This document shows positions 16,956-25,831 of a stretch of 28,427 nt of DNA, piece after piece. A program made the position numbers and the translations under genes. This DNA comes from Candidatus Bathyarchaeota archaeon (GTDB taxonomy: Archaea; Thermoproteota; Bathyarchaeia; Bathyarchaeales; Bathyarchaeaceae): positions 1 to 28,427 of the forward strand of contig JAGLRI010000001.1 of NCBI GenBank assembly GCA_023136395.1. The letters run 5' to 3'. The notes beneath the pieces are model-generated. The model saw only the letters and a program-made list of their open reading frames with translations. It had not been told where the DNA came from and did no database searches. Numbering within the stretch: position 1 is the first letter of the stretch; the number at the start of each line of letters is the position of its first letter.

Positions 16956-18350
16956 TTGAGCAAGCGATTTCAACAGAATAGCAATTTTCAACTGAAGTTT
17001 AAAAAATTACCCTTTTTGTATTCGCCTTCTGAGATCTTCTTAAGAATTTATAAGTGTTATGAACATGCTTACCTCCTTGAGTCAATAGAAGGTCCAAAAA
17101 AATTAGCTCAGTATTCGTTTATTGGATTTGCGCCTAAATTGAGGCTAAAGGTAAAAGATGGCGAAATAATACTCCAAGATATCAAACTAGACGAAGAAAT
17201 TAGGATAAAAAACGAAGACCCTCTTCATATAGCAAGGAAGATTCTAGGAAGAAGGTCTCCCATTGCGAGATTTAGATTTATTGGTGGTGCTGTAGGATAT
17301 ATTTCCTATGATGCAATACGATACTGGGAAAGGCTTCCTGATTTTACTGTTGATGCCTTGCGTTTTCCCGATATTGAGTTGGGCATATTTGATGATGGCG
17401 TTGTGTTCGATCATAGTAGAAGGGAGGTTTTCTATTATTATTGGAATGAAGATCGTTTCGATGAGCTGAATAAGTTATTAAAGGAACCTGTTGAATCTGA
17501 GGCGTTATACTTTACAAATCCCAAGGTAAACGTCTCGAAGGAAAGGTTTGAGGAATCAGTGCAGAGAGCTAAGGCATATATAGCATCTGGCGACATCTTT
17601 CAGGTTGTTCTCTCAAAAAGATACGAGTTTGTTATCAAGGGTGACTTGACGAGTTTCTATATGTCCCTCCGAAAGGTAAACCCCTCTCCCTATATGTATT
17701 TCTTAAAAATGGGTGACCGCCAAATCGTTGGGTCAAGCCCCGAAATGCTTTTTAGAGTAGATAATGGTTTTGTGGAGACTTTTCCCATTGCTGGTACAAG
17801 ACCATACGTAAAAAATCCCATTGAAAATGAGGCATTAAAAAAGGAGTTATTGTCAGATCCCAAGGAACGTGCTGAACACGTAATGCTTGTAGATTTAGCT
17901 AGAAACGATGTTGGTCGAGTCTCAGAATTTGGAAGCGTTTCTGTTCCCGAATTCATGAAAGTTCACCAATACAGCCACGTTCAACACATAGTATCAAGGG
18001 TAGTTGGTAAACTGAAGGGGGGGTGCGATTGCTTTGACGCATTGAGAGCTGTTTTTCCAGCAGGTACAGTTTCAGGAGCACCCAAAGTAAGGGCTATGGA
18101 GATCATCGAAGAATCTGAGCCTACAAAGAGAGGACCTTACGCGGGGGCTGTTGGCTACTTCTCCCATAATGGAAACGCAGACTTCGCCATTACCATAAGA
18201 ACCCTCGTTGCAAAAGGAAAAAAATGTTACATTCAGGTTGGAGGTGGTATAGTAGCTGACTCTGTTCCTGAGAGAGAGTGGTTTGAAACAGAGCATAAAG
18301 CTCGGGCTCTACTGAAAGCTCTAGAACTATGTGGAGAAAACCAACAGTGA
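16956..18350 (+). CDS. trpE: Anthranilate synthase component I
   Basis: 464 aa; LLES and NPSPYM (Trp feedback site), GDIFQVVLS, PIAGTR, KERAEHVMLVDLARND, FPAGTVSGAPK. The TTG start has no evident SD. Confidence 0.96.
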   Translation: MSKRFQQNSNFQLKFKKLPFLYSPSEIFLRIYKCYEHAYLLESIEGPKKLAQYSFIGFAPKLRLKVKDGEIILQDIKLDEEIRIKNEDPLHIARKILGRRSPIARFRFIGGAVGYISYDAIRYWERLPDFTVDALRFPDIELGIFDDGVVFDHSRREVFYYYWNEDRFDELNKLLKEPVESEALYFTNPKVNVSKERFEESVQRAKAYIASGDIFQVVLSKRYEFVIKGDLTSFYMSLRKVNPSPYMYFLKMGDRQIVGSSPEMLFRVDNGFVETFPIAGTRPYVKNPIENEALKKELLSDPKERAEHVMLVDLARNDVGRVSEFGSVSVPEFMKVHQYSHVQHIVSRVVGKLKGGCDCFDALRAVFPAGTVSGAPKVRAMEIIEESEPTKRGPYAGAVGYFSHNGNADFAITIRTLVAKGKKCYIQVGGGIVADSVPEREWFETEHKARALLKALELCGENQQ

Positions 18351-18928
18351 AGGTTCTTGTCATCGACAATTACGATTCGTTTGTTTATAATCTTGTTCAA
18401 TACATTGGAGAACAAGGGGGAATCCCTCTGGTCTACAGAAATGATAAACTAACCCTGAAACAAGCAGAGAATTTTAAACCAGACAGGATTGTTATATCTC
18501 CAGGTCCCGGTACACCAGAAGATGTCCGGTATTTTGGGATTTGCTCCGATATCCTACAACACCTAAGTTGTAAGATTCCAACCTTAGGCGTTTGCCTTGG
18601 TCACCAAGGAATAGTTTCAACCTTTGGGGGAAAAATAATACCCGCAAAGAGGCTGATGCACGGTAAAACAAGCTTAATAAAACATGATGCTCAAGGCGTC
18701 TTTAAAAGCTTGAAAAATCCTATCGTGGCTACTCGCTACCACTCTCTCGTTGGGGAAAGAACGTCAATGCCTTCATGCCTTAAAATAACTGCTGAGTCAC
18801 TCGACGATGGAGAAATCATGGGAGTTCGTCACATAGTATATCCAATTGAGGGGATCCAATTTCATCCCGAGTCGATTTTAACTGAGATGGGAAAGAAACT
18901 CATAAAGAATTTTCTTGAAAGGAGATGA
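18347..18928 (+). CDS. trpG: Anthranilate synthase component II (glutamine amidotransferase)
   Basis: IDNYDSF, ISPGPG, GVCLGHQ, RYHSL, QFHPES. The likely start is GTG 18347 overlapping the trpE stop (GTGA), with GGAG at 18333-18336. Confidence 0.95.
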   Translation: MKVLVIDNYDSFVYNLVQYIGEQGGIPLVYRNDKLTLKQAENFKPDRIVISPGPGTPEDVRYFGICSDILQHLSCKIPTLGVCLGHQGIVSTFGGKIIPAKRLMHGKTSLIKHDAQGVFKSLKNPIVATRYHSLVGERTSMPSCLKITAESLDDGEIMGVRHIVYPIEGIQFHPESILTEMGKKLIKNFLERR

Positions 18929-18934
18929 AGGAAG

Positions 18935-19996
18935 ATGATAAGGGAAGGCATACGAAAGCTGATTGCAGGTATGACCCTTGCGTATAATGAATCAAGAGAG
19001 ATAATGAACGAGATAATGTCTGGTAATGCAACGCAAGCACAAATTGGCGCATTCTTAACGGCCTTGAGAATGAATGGAGAAACGATCGATGAGATCTCTG
19101 CACTTGCTTCAGTAATGAAGGAATTTTGTTACCAAATACATCCTCAAGTAAATGGGCGTCTCGTAGATACTTGCGGAACAGGTGGAGATAAAATAAAAAC
19201 CTTCAACATCAGCACTACTGCTGCCTTCGTTATTGCTGGTGCCAAGGTGTCAGTGGCTAAGCACGGGAATCGATCAGTAACTAGCAAAAGTGGAAGCGCA
19301 GACGTTTTGGAGAAACTCGGTGTTAATCTCAACGCAACACCAAACGTTGTAGAAAGTAGCATCGAGGAGGTTGGAATTGGCTTCATGTTTGCCCCAACAT
19401 TTCATAAGGCTATGAAACATGTTATTGGACCAAGAAGAGAAATAGGAGTGAGAACCGTTTTTAATGTTCTTGGACCCTTGACGAATCCAGCGAACGCAAG
19501 CGCCCAATTATTAGGGGTTTATGATAGAGCATTACTAGAGCCTCTGGCAGGGGTATTAAAGAAACTTGGATGCGAAGAAGCCATGGTCGTGCATGGTCTA
19601 GATGGACTGGACGAAATTTCCACTATTGGTAAAACAGCTATCGCATGGCTAAAGGAGGAAGAAATTAGCTTATTAGAAGTAGTTCCTAAAGACTTTGGCA
19701 TCGAAAAGACAAGACTAGAAGACATCATGGGAACAACACCCGAAAAAAGTGCGGAAATAACATTCAAAATCTTGACTGATCAACACAAGAATGGAGACCC
19801 AAAGAGAGATATTGTATTAGCGAATGCGGCAGCAGGGATTCTACTAGGTGGAAAAGGTAGTGATTTCTGTTATAGCGTCGAATTAGCCTGTGAATCCATC
19901 AAAAGTGGGGCTGCATATAAAAAACTAAAAATGCTTATTGAAGTTGGTGGCGGTGATAAGGCGAGGCTCGAGGAGCTGGAAAATAAATATGGCTGA
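18935..19996 (+). CDS. trpD: Anthranilate phosphoribosyltransferase
   Basis: DTCGTGGD, FNIST, KHGNRS..SKSGSAD, RTVFNVLGPLTNP, GLDEIS. Confidence 0.96.
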   Translation: MIREGIRKLIAGMTLAYNESREIMNEIMSGNATQAQIGAFLTALRMNGETIDEISALASVMKEFCYQIHPQVNGRLVDTCGTGGDKIKTFNISTTAAFVIAGAKVSVAKHGNRSVTSKSGSADVLEKLGVNLNATPNVVESSIEEVGIGFMFAPTFHKAMKHVIGPRREIGVRTVFNVLGPLTNPANASAQLLGVYDRALLEPLAGVLKKLGCEEAMVVHGLDGLDEISTIGKTAIAWLKEEEISLLEVVPKDFGIEKTRLEDIMGTTPEKSAEITFKILTDQHKNGDPKRDIVLANAAAGILLGGKGSDFCYSVELACESIKSGAAYKKLKMLIEVGGGDKARLEELENKYG

Positions 19997-20768
19997 TTTT
20001 CTGGATGTCTTGGGACAAAAAGCACGGAAAAGGGTGAAAGAGGGTTATTATAAAGTCACAAAACAGATAATAGCTCCCACTAAAGGTCTAAAAGAGGCAG
20101 TTCTTGAGTGTAAAAACGCTCCCATAATTAGTGAAATCAAAGTTGCTTCACCAACAATGGGCGTTATCAGAAAAAAAATTGATGTAAATAAAGTTGCCAT
20201 AGCAATGGAAAAGGGTGGAGCAATTGGAATTTCGGTACTAACCGAGCCCAAACATTTCAAAGGATCAATAGATACTTTCATTAAAGTGAGGTCCCAAGTT
20301 GACCTTCCCCTCCTTATGAAAGACATTGTTGTAAACCGAACACAGATTGAGGCTGCAGCAAAAATGGGCGCAAATGCAATCCTTTTAATAGAGGCTCTCT
20401 TCAAACGTGGCTACTGTGATTGCGATGTTCATCGAATGATTGCTGAAGCTCATTCACAAAAACTTGAAGTTTTATTGGAGATTCTTACCGAAGAAGAGTT
20501 CATATCAGCTATAAAAACTGAAGCCGATTTAATCGGTATTAACAATCGTGATTTAAGAACACTTGAAGTAGATCTTGAAGTAACAAGGAGAATCTTGACA
20601 AAAAATTGCATTAATGAAAAGTTAATTGTAAGCGAAAGTGGCATTAAGAGTTCTGCTGACGTCCGCTTTCTCCACGAATGTGGTGCCCACGCTTTCTTAG
20701 TTGGGTCCTCTATCATGAGGAGTAGTAACATCCAAAAAATGGTCAAGGAGCTAGTGTTGGCTCTATGA
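19989..20768 (+). CDS. trpC: Indole-3-glycerol phosphate synthase
   Basis: ISEIKVASP, SVLTEPKHF.GS, LMKD, GINNRDL, SESGI, LVGSSIM. The likely start is ATG 19989 (MADF), overlapping the end of trpD. Confidence 0.95.
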   Translation: MADFLDVLGQKARKRVKEGYYKVTKQIIAPTKGLKEAVLECKNAPIISEIKVASPTMGVIRKKIDVNKVAIAMEKGGAIGISVLTEPKHFKGSIDTFIKVRSQVDLPLLMKDIVVNRTQIEAAAKMGANAILLIEALFKRGYCDCDVHRMIAEAHSQKLEVLLEILTEEEFISAIKTEADLIGINNRDLRTLEVDLEVTRRILTKNCINEKLIVSESGIKSSADVRFLHECGAHAFLVGSSIMRSSNIQKMVKELVLAL

Positions 20769-21415
20769 GTAGAGTAAGAGTGAAAATCTGCGGAATAACA
20801 CGAAAAAAAGATTTAGCAGCGGTTATTGAAGCTGGGGCTGATGCCGTGGGATTCGTTATTGGTGTACCCTCATCACCCAGAAACTTGACGCTCGATGAGG
20901 CAAGAAAAATGATAAAAAATACAATTTTTATCAAGACCGTTGCGGTAACAGTTCCTAATAATCTTGACAAATTAAAAAAGATCCATGAGAATCTAAGGCC
21001 AGATATTCTTCAAATTCACGGTGATAGATTATCTGACTCTATCATTCGAGAAGAGTTACCTAAAACACGTTTAATAAGAGCTGTTCAAGTAACGTCCAAT
21101 GGAAGTATTAAGACTGTTGTTGATGCAGCAAATAGCTTTGACGCTATTCTTTTAGACTCTTATGTTTTGGGTAAGTATGGTGGAACAGGCAAAACTCACG
21201 ACTGGCAACTGGACAAATGCGTTAGAGAAGCCATTCAACCGAAACCGCTAATTCTTGCTGGGGGTTTAAATCCTACCAACATTAAAGACGCCATACGCAT
21301 CGTCCAGCCATATGCTGTTGATGTTTCTAGTGGTGTCGAATCACATCCGGGAATTAAAGACCCAAAAAAAATTTACAAATTTATAAAAAATGTTAAGGAA
21401 GCGGAAATATGTTAA
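20765..21415 (+). CDS. trpF: Phosphoribosylanthranilate isomerase
   Basis: KICGIT, ADAVGFV, QIHG, LLDS, GGTGK..DW, LAGGL.P.N, DVSSGVE; ATGA overlap with trpC. Confidence 0.95.
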   Translation: MSRVRVKICGITRKKDLAAVIEAGADAVGFVIGVPSSPRNLTLDEARKMIKNTIFIKTVAVTVPNNLDKLKKIHENLRPDILQIHGDRLSDSIIREELPKTRLIRAVQVTSNGSIKTVVDAANSFDAILLDSYVLGKYGGTGKTHDWQLDKCVREAIQPKPLILAGGLNPTNIKDAIRIVQPYAVDVSSGVESHPGIKDPKKIYKFIKNVKEAEIC

Positions 21416-22608
21416 AATTTAGTCAATATCCAATTGAGGGAAAATATGGAAAATATGGTGGACAATTTGTTCCAGAAACTTTAATGGTTGCCATTAAAGA
21501 ACTGGAAGAAGCCTATAAAAAATCAAAAGTAGATCAAGATTTTCAAAAGAAACTTAAATATTACCTCTCGGAATACGCTGGAAGACCTACGCCATTATAT
21601 TATGCTGAAAATTTAACTAAAAAGATAGGAGGCGCGAAGATCTACCTTAAACGTGAAGATCTCGCACATGGAGGAGCCCACAAGATAAACAACACCATAG
21701 GACAAGCCTTACTTGCAAAAAAGATGGGAAAGAAAAGAGTTATTGCAGAAACGGGTGCCGGACAACACGGGGTCGCTACAGCCATAGCCTGCGCTACTCT
21801 TGGGTTGAAAGCCGAGATCTACATGGGTTCTAAAGACATGAAACGACAAAAGCTCAATGTTTTCAGGATGAAACTTCTTGGCGCAGAGATTCATCAGGTA
21901 GAGTCCGGATCCAAAACTTTAAAAGACGCTATTAATGAAGCCTTGAGGGATTGGGCTACCAACGTTCAGACAACCTATTACCTTATTGGGTCCGTTGTCG
22001 GTCCTCACCCATATCCAATTATTGTTAGAGACCTCCAAAGTGTAATTGGTAACGAAATTATGAAACAGATAATGCTAAAGGAGGAACAACTACCTAGCGC
22101 CTTAATCGCTTGCGTAGGAGGTGGAAGCAACGCCATAGGAACTTTCTACCCATTTCTGGATTATCCATTAGTCAAGATGTATGGTGTTGAAGCAGCCGGT
22201 TTAGGACTCGATTCTAGTAAGCACGCTGCATCACTTTGCGTAGGAGCGGAAGGCGTCTTTCACGGCATGCTAACATATGTACTTCAAGACGAGCATGGAC
22301 AAATACAAACTACACATAGCATCTCTGCAGGACTTGATTATCCAGGAGTCGGACCAGAACATTCCTTCCTCAAGATGAGGGAAAGAGCTCGATACGCTAC
22401 TGCTACGGATGAAGAAGCAGTAAATGCCTTCCTTGAATTATCAAAGAATGAGGGAATAGTCCCAGCGTTGGAACCCGCACATGCCTTGGCTTATGCCATT
22501 AAACTTGCTCATACGATGGGAAGAGACAAAATAATCGTAGTGACCTTGTCTGGAAGGGGTGACAAGGATGCAGAAGTGGTAGCGAAACATCTAGGGGTGA
22601 AGATATGA
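21409..22608 (+). CDS. trpB: Tryptophan synthase beta chain type 1
   Basis: [64 protein letters not shown]. Confidence 0.97.
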   Translation: MLKFSQYPIEGKYGKYGGQFVPETLMVAIKELEEAYKKSKVDQDFQKKLKYYLSEYAGRPTPLYYAENLTKKIGGAKIYLKREDLAHGGAHKINNTIGQALLAKKMGKKRVIAETGAGQHGVATAIACATLGLKAEIYMGSKDMKRQKLNVFRMKLLGAEIHQVESGSKTLKDAINEALRDWATNVQTTYYLIGSVVGPHPYPIIVRDLQSVIGNEIMKQIMLKEEQLPSALIACVGGGSNAIGTFYPFLDYPLVKMYGVEAAGLGLDSSKHAASLCVGAEGVFHGMLTYVLQDEHGQIQTTHSISAGLDYPGVGPEHSFLKMRERARYATATDEEAVNAFLELSKNEGIVPALEPAHALAYAIKLAHTMGRDKIIVVTLSGRGDKDAEVVAKHLGVKI

Positions 22609-23426
22609 GAGAAATAGAAAAAATGTTTCTAACTCTGAGGAGACGGAAGGAAGGAGCGCTCATAGCCTATGTCACGGGAGGGGATCCCAAACCAGAATAC
22701 ACCCCTAAAATCGCTGAAGCTTTAATTAAAGGAGGAGCAGACATTATTGAGCTCGGAATCCCCTTTTCAGATCCAATCGCTGATGGCCCAACTATTCAAG
22801 CAGCAACAGTACGAGCGCTGAAGGCAAAAACCACACCGAGGACCGTGTTAAAAATTATTAAGAAAATAAAGGAGAACCATAGTGTACCCATCATAATCCT
22901 CACTTACTACAATCCGATTTACAGGATGGGACTTGAGAATTTCTTCAGATTAGCAAGTAGATACGAACTTGATGGTTTAATCGTTCCGGACCTACCCATA
23001 GAGGAAGCCTACGACTACAAAAAAGTTGCAGAGGAATACGATATAGATACAATCTTCCTAACAGCCCCCTCAACATCACAAAAAAGACTTGAGAAAATAA
23101 TTAGCTACACCTCGGGTTTTCTCTATCTTGTATCCATCTTTGGTGTGACTGGAGCTAGAGAAAAAATTCAAGATCTAACCATCAAACTTATTAAAAAAAC
23201 TCTTCCACTAACAACTGGAAAAATTCCTTTAGCCGTAGGTTTTGGGCTTTCAAAACCAGAACACATAAAAACCGTTATACTAAACGGAGCAGATGGAGCC
23301 ATAGTAGGAAGCAGCTTCGTTAAAATCATAGAAGAAAATCTAGAGAATAGCAAAAAAATGCTTAATAAAATCGAAAATCACACAAAAAAGTTAAAAAAAG
23401 CAACCGTGAAAGAGTGTTCTAATTAA
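22605..23426 (+). CDS. trpA: Tryptophan synthase alpha chain
   Basis: [41 protein letters not shown]; ATGA overlap with trpB. Confidence 0.97.
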   Translation: MREIEKMFLTLRRRKEGALIAYVTGGDPKPEYTPKIAEALIKGGADIIELGIPFSDPIADGPTIQAATVRALKAKTTPRTVLKIIKKIKENHSVPIIILTYYNPIYRMGLENFFRLASRYELDGLIVPDLPIEEAYDYKKVAEEYDIDTIFLTAPSTSQKRLEKIISYTSGFLYLVSIFGVTGAREKIQDLTIKLIKKTLPLTTGKIPLAVGFGLSKPEHIKTVILNGADGAIVGSSFVKIIEENLENSKKMLNKIENHTKKLKKATVKECSN

Positions 23427-23433
23427 AATAATC

Positions 23434-23835
23434 CTAAAAACTATTGCTTGCAAGTTTAACTAAGGTATTTGTGTTTAAGACTGCTGGAAGCGCTCTGATT
23501 TTATCGACCTTTTTATTTAGCTCATTTATTGTATAAGCCTGGATTAGGGCAGCAACATCATAATCACCTGATACTTCAAAAATTTTTTCTGAAACCTCTT
23601 TCATTTTCAAGGCTACATTTCTAGTTTCATTGGGATCCGTTTTCACCAGAATTATTCCCTCCACTTCAACTTTTGTTTCAATAGTGAACTTAGTTATTAT
23701 CCCCTGCTCAAGTAACTTCTTTACTCTCATCCTCACTGCTCCTTCAGTTAAGCCAATAATTTCCGCCATTTTCACGTATTTTGTTCGAGAGTCCCGCTTT
23801 AATATTCCAAGGATTTTTTCATCTATTTCGTCCAT
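23434..23835 (-). CDS. lysM: Lrp/AsnC family regulator, LysM-like
   Basis: 133 aa; D.ID.KIL..L..D.R.....A...G..E.AVR.R...L...G.I..FTI HTH, and RAM domain (EVSGDYD...I.....N..VD.IR). Divergent from the lysine operon. The symbol rests on overall resemblance plus context. Confidence 0.75.
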   Translation of the reverse strand: MDEIDEKILGILKRDSRTKYVKMAEIIGLTEGAVRMRVKKLLEQGIITKFTIETKVEVEGIILVKTDPNETRNVALKMKEVSEKIFEVSGDYDVAALIQAYTINELNKKVDKIRALPAVLNTNTLVKLASNSF

Positions 23836-23872
23836 ATGAATTGTTGTTATAAATATGAAAATAAAAACATTG

Positions 23873-23912
23873 CTACGAAAATCGCAGTATGATTAATTTA
23901 CGATTTTCGTAG
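23873..23912. promoter_or_regulatory. Two inverted semi-palindromic operator sites between lysM and dapA
   Basis: CTACGAAAATCGCAG (23873-23887) and TTACGATTTTCGTAG (23898-23912; reverse complement CTACGAAAATCGTAA). Confidence 0.7.
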
Positions 23913-24000
23913 TAAAAATATAAAAAACGAAAGGTTTAAAAGTTCCTAATGTTCTGCTTTCAATAAACCCGTCAATTAATGGAAAGGTGAATATAAGAAA

Positions 24001-25038
24001 ATGAAAGTGTTCAGCGGCTGTTATACTGCACTTGTAACGCCAATGAAGAAGACTTGTGAAGTTGACTACGAAAGCTTACAGAGATTGGTTGAGTTTCAGG
24101 TAAGAGAAGGTGTGCAGGGCATTCTTGCTGTTGGGACTACTGGTGAATGTGCGACGTTAACTTGGGACGAACACGTCAAAGTCATTGAAAAAATACACGA
24201 GGACATCAATGAAAGATGTGAGACAATTGGCGGAACAGGAAGTAACTGCACAGAGGAAGTTATAAACGCCTCAAAAAGCGCGTGGGATTTTGGGGTAAAA
24301 TCCTTGTTGCTTGTAGATCCATATTATAACGGACCAAGCTCCATTGAAATAAGAAAAGAGTACATCGAACCAGTAGCGAAACGATTTCCTGAAGCCGAAA
24401 TTATTCCATACGTGATTCCTGGAAGAACAGGCACCCAACTTTTACCACAAGATTTAGCCATCCTACATTCTGAGTACAAAAATGTAAATACTGTCAAGGA
24501 GGCAACAGGTAACTTAGAAAACATGAAATTAACCAGAAAGTTTTGCGGGAAAAATTTTAACATTCTTTCTGGAGATGATGATAAAACGTATCAAATGATG
24601 ACATCTCCAGAGATCATGTCTAAAGGCGTGGTTTCAGTGGCATCGAACGTCGTCCCTAATGCAGTTCAGAATATGGTTCAAAGCATTCTTGATGGGGACC
24701 TAGACGAAGCTGTTAAGCTTACTAAAGCGCTTAAACCCATGTTTAGAATAGTAACAGTCAAGACAGAGGAAGAAACACCGTTTGGTCCTATGATTTGTAA
24801 AGCCAGAAATCCTCTGCCTTATAAGACTTTAATGAATATTTTGGGAATGTCCACAGGTCCCTGCAAGCAACCATTAGGAAAGATGACAAGGAAGGGAGTG
24901 GAAACTATACTAAATGAAGTGAAAGAGGTCTATGTAAATAATCCCGAGATACTGCAACCAATAGAAGATTTTTTCGATGTTGATATGAGCAACCGCTTGT
25001 ACGAGGAGAAGTTTTGGAAGGAATATTTCTATGATTAG
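24001..25038 (+). CDS. dapA: 4-hydroxy-tetrahydrodipicolinate synthase
   Basis: TALVTP, GTTGE, GTGSN, PYY, PGRTG, catalytic VKEA, LSGDD; extended C-terminus. Confidence 0.9.
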   Translation: MKVFSGCYTALVTPMKKTCEVDYESLQRLVEFQVREGVQGILAVGTTGECATLTWDEHVKVIEKIHEDINERCETIGGTGSNCTEEVINASKSAWDFGVKSLLLVDPYYNGPSSIEIRKEYIEPVAKRFPEAEIIPYVIPGRTGTQLLPQDLAILHSEYKNVNTVKEATGNLENMKLTRKFCGKNFNILSGDDDKTYQMMTSPEIMSKGVVSVASNVVPNAVQNMVQSILDGDLDEAVKLTKALKPMFRIVTVKTEEETPFGPMICKARNPLPYKTLMNILGMSTGPCKQPLGKMTRKGVETILNEVKEVYVNNPEILQPIEDFFDVDMSNRLYEEKFWKEYFYD

Positions 25039-25819
25039 TATTTGCATAGCTGGTGTTACCGGTAGAATGGGAAGTACACTCCTTAGAGAAGCCTTAAACA
25101 AAAGTTATCAGATTGTTGGAGCTGTTGAGTCTCCAAATAATGTAAACATTGGGAAAAGCTTAAGAGAGATTGGGCTGTGTAGCTCAGACGTTAAATTAAT
25201 GAGCTCAGCAGATTTAAGTGAATCTATAAAAAACGCAGACGTTTACATAACTTTTACCACACCGGATGCGGAGGTTTCTAATCTTCCCGTTGTCGCTGAG
25301 CTTGGGAAGAGGATTGTGATGGGTACTACTGGTTTCACTAATGAACAAATGGAAAAGATCCGGAAAACAGTTTCCAGCAAGGTTCCAGCTGTTTTTTCAC
25401 CTAACTTTGCTTTGGGCGTAAATGTTTTGTTCAGGTTGACCAAAAATTGCAAGGCTTTTCCGTCGGAATACGACTTCAGCATAACTGAGATCCATCATAC
25501 CGGAAAGAGGGACGCTCCCAGTGGGACAGCAAAAGAAATTGCCCGAATAGTTTCAAGTTTTAAAGATTACACTAAGGTTATTTATGGCAGAGAAGGATTA
25601 AGCCTAAGGAAATCAGATGAACTAGAAATCTTATCTTTGAGAACGGGGGGTGTTCCTGGGGTACACAACTTAGTAATCGCCGGTCCATACGAAATGATAA
25701 GAATAGAACACACGGCTTTCTCAAGAAGTGTGTTTGCTCAGGGCGCCTTATACGCTGCAGAATGGGTTTACAAACAAAGCGAATCGAGAATTTATAGCAT
25801 GGAAGATGTCTTACGCTGA
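25031..25819 (+). CDS. dapB: 4-hydroxy-tetrahydrodipicolinate reductase
   Basis: G.TGRMG, MGTTG, SPNFALG, EIHHTGKRDAPSGTA, H...SR..FA.GAL.AA.W. Confidence 0.95.
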   Translation: MISICIAGVTGRMGSTLLREALNKSYQIVGAVESPNNVNIGKSLREIGLCSSDVKLMSSADLSESIKNADVYITFTTPDAEVSNLPVVAELGKRIVMGTTGFTNEQMEKIRKTVSSKVPAVFSPNFALGVNVLFRLTKNCKAFPSEYDFSITEIHHTGKRDAPSGTAKEIARIVSSFKDYTKVIYGREGLSLRKSDELEILSLRTGGVPGVHNLVIAGPYEMIRIEHTAFSRSVFAQGALYAAEWVYKQSESRIYSMEDVLR

Positions 25820-25831
25820 ATTCAGTTGTGA

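Noticed and set aside
18329-18346. In-frame upstream ATG-TGG giving TrpG a Met-Trp start like TrpY
   Set aside because: GTG 18347 has an SD, overlaps the trpE stop and gives the canonical MKVLVIDNYDSF start. ATG 18329 has no SD and lies inside trpE codons, so it is likely coincidence.
23949-24004. Tiny ORFs before dapA (MFCFQ*, MER*, GTG-NIRK*) as a lysine leader peptide
   Set aside because: None has a convincing SD or a run of Lys codons, and the GGTGA is explained as the dapA SD.
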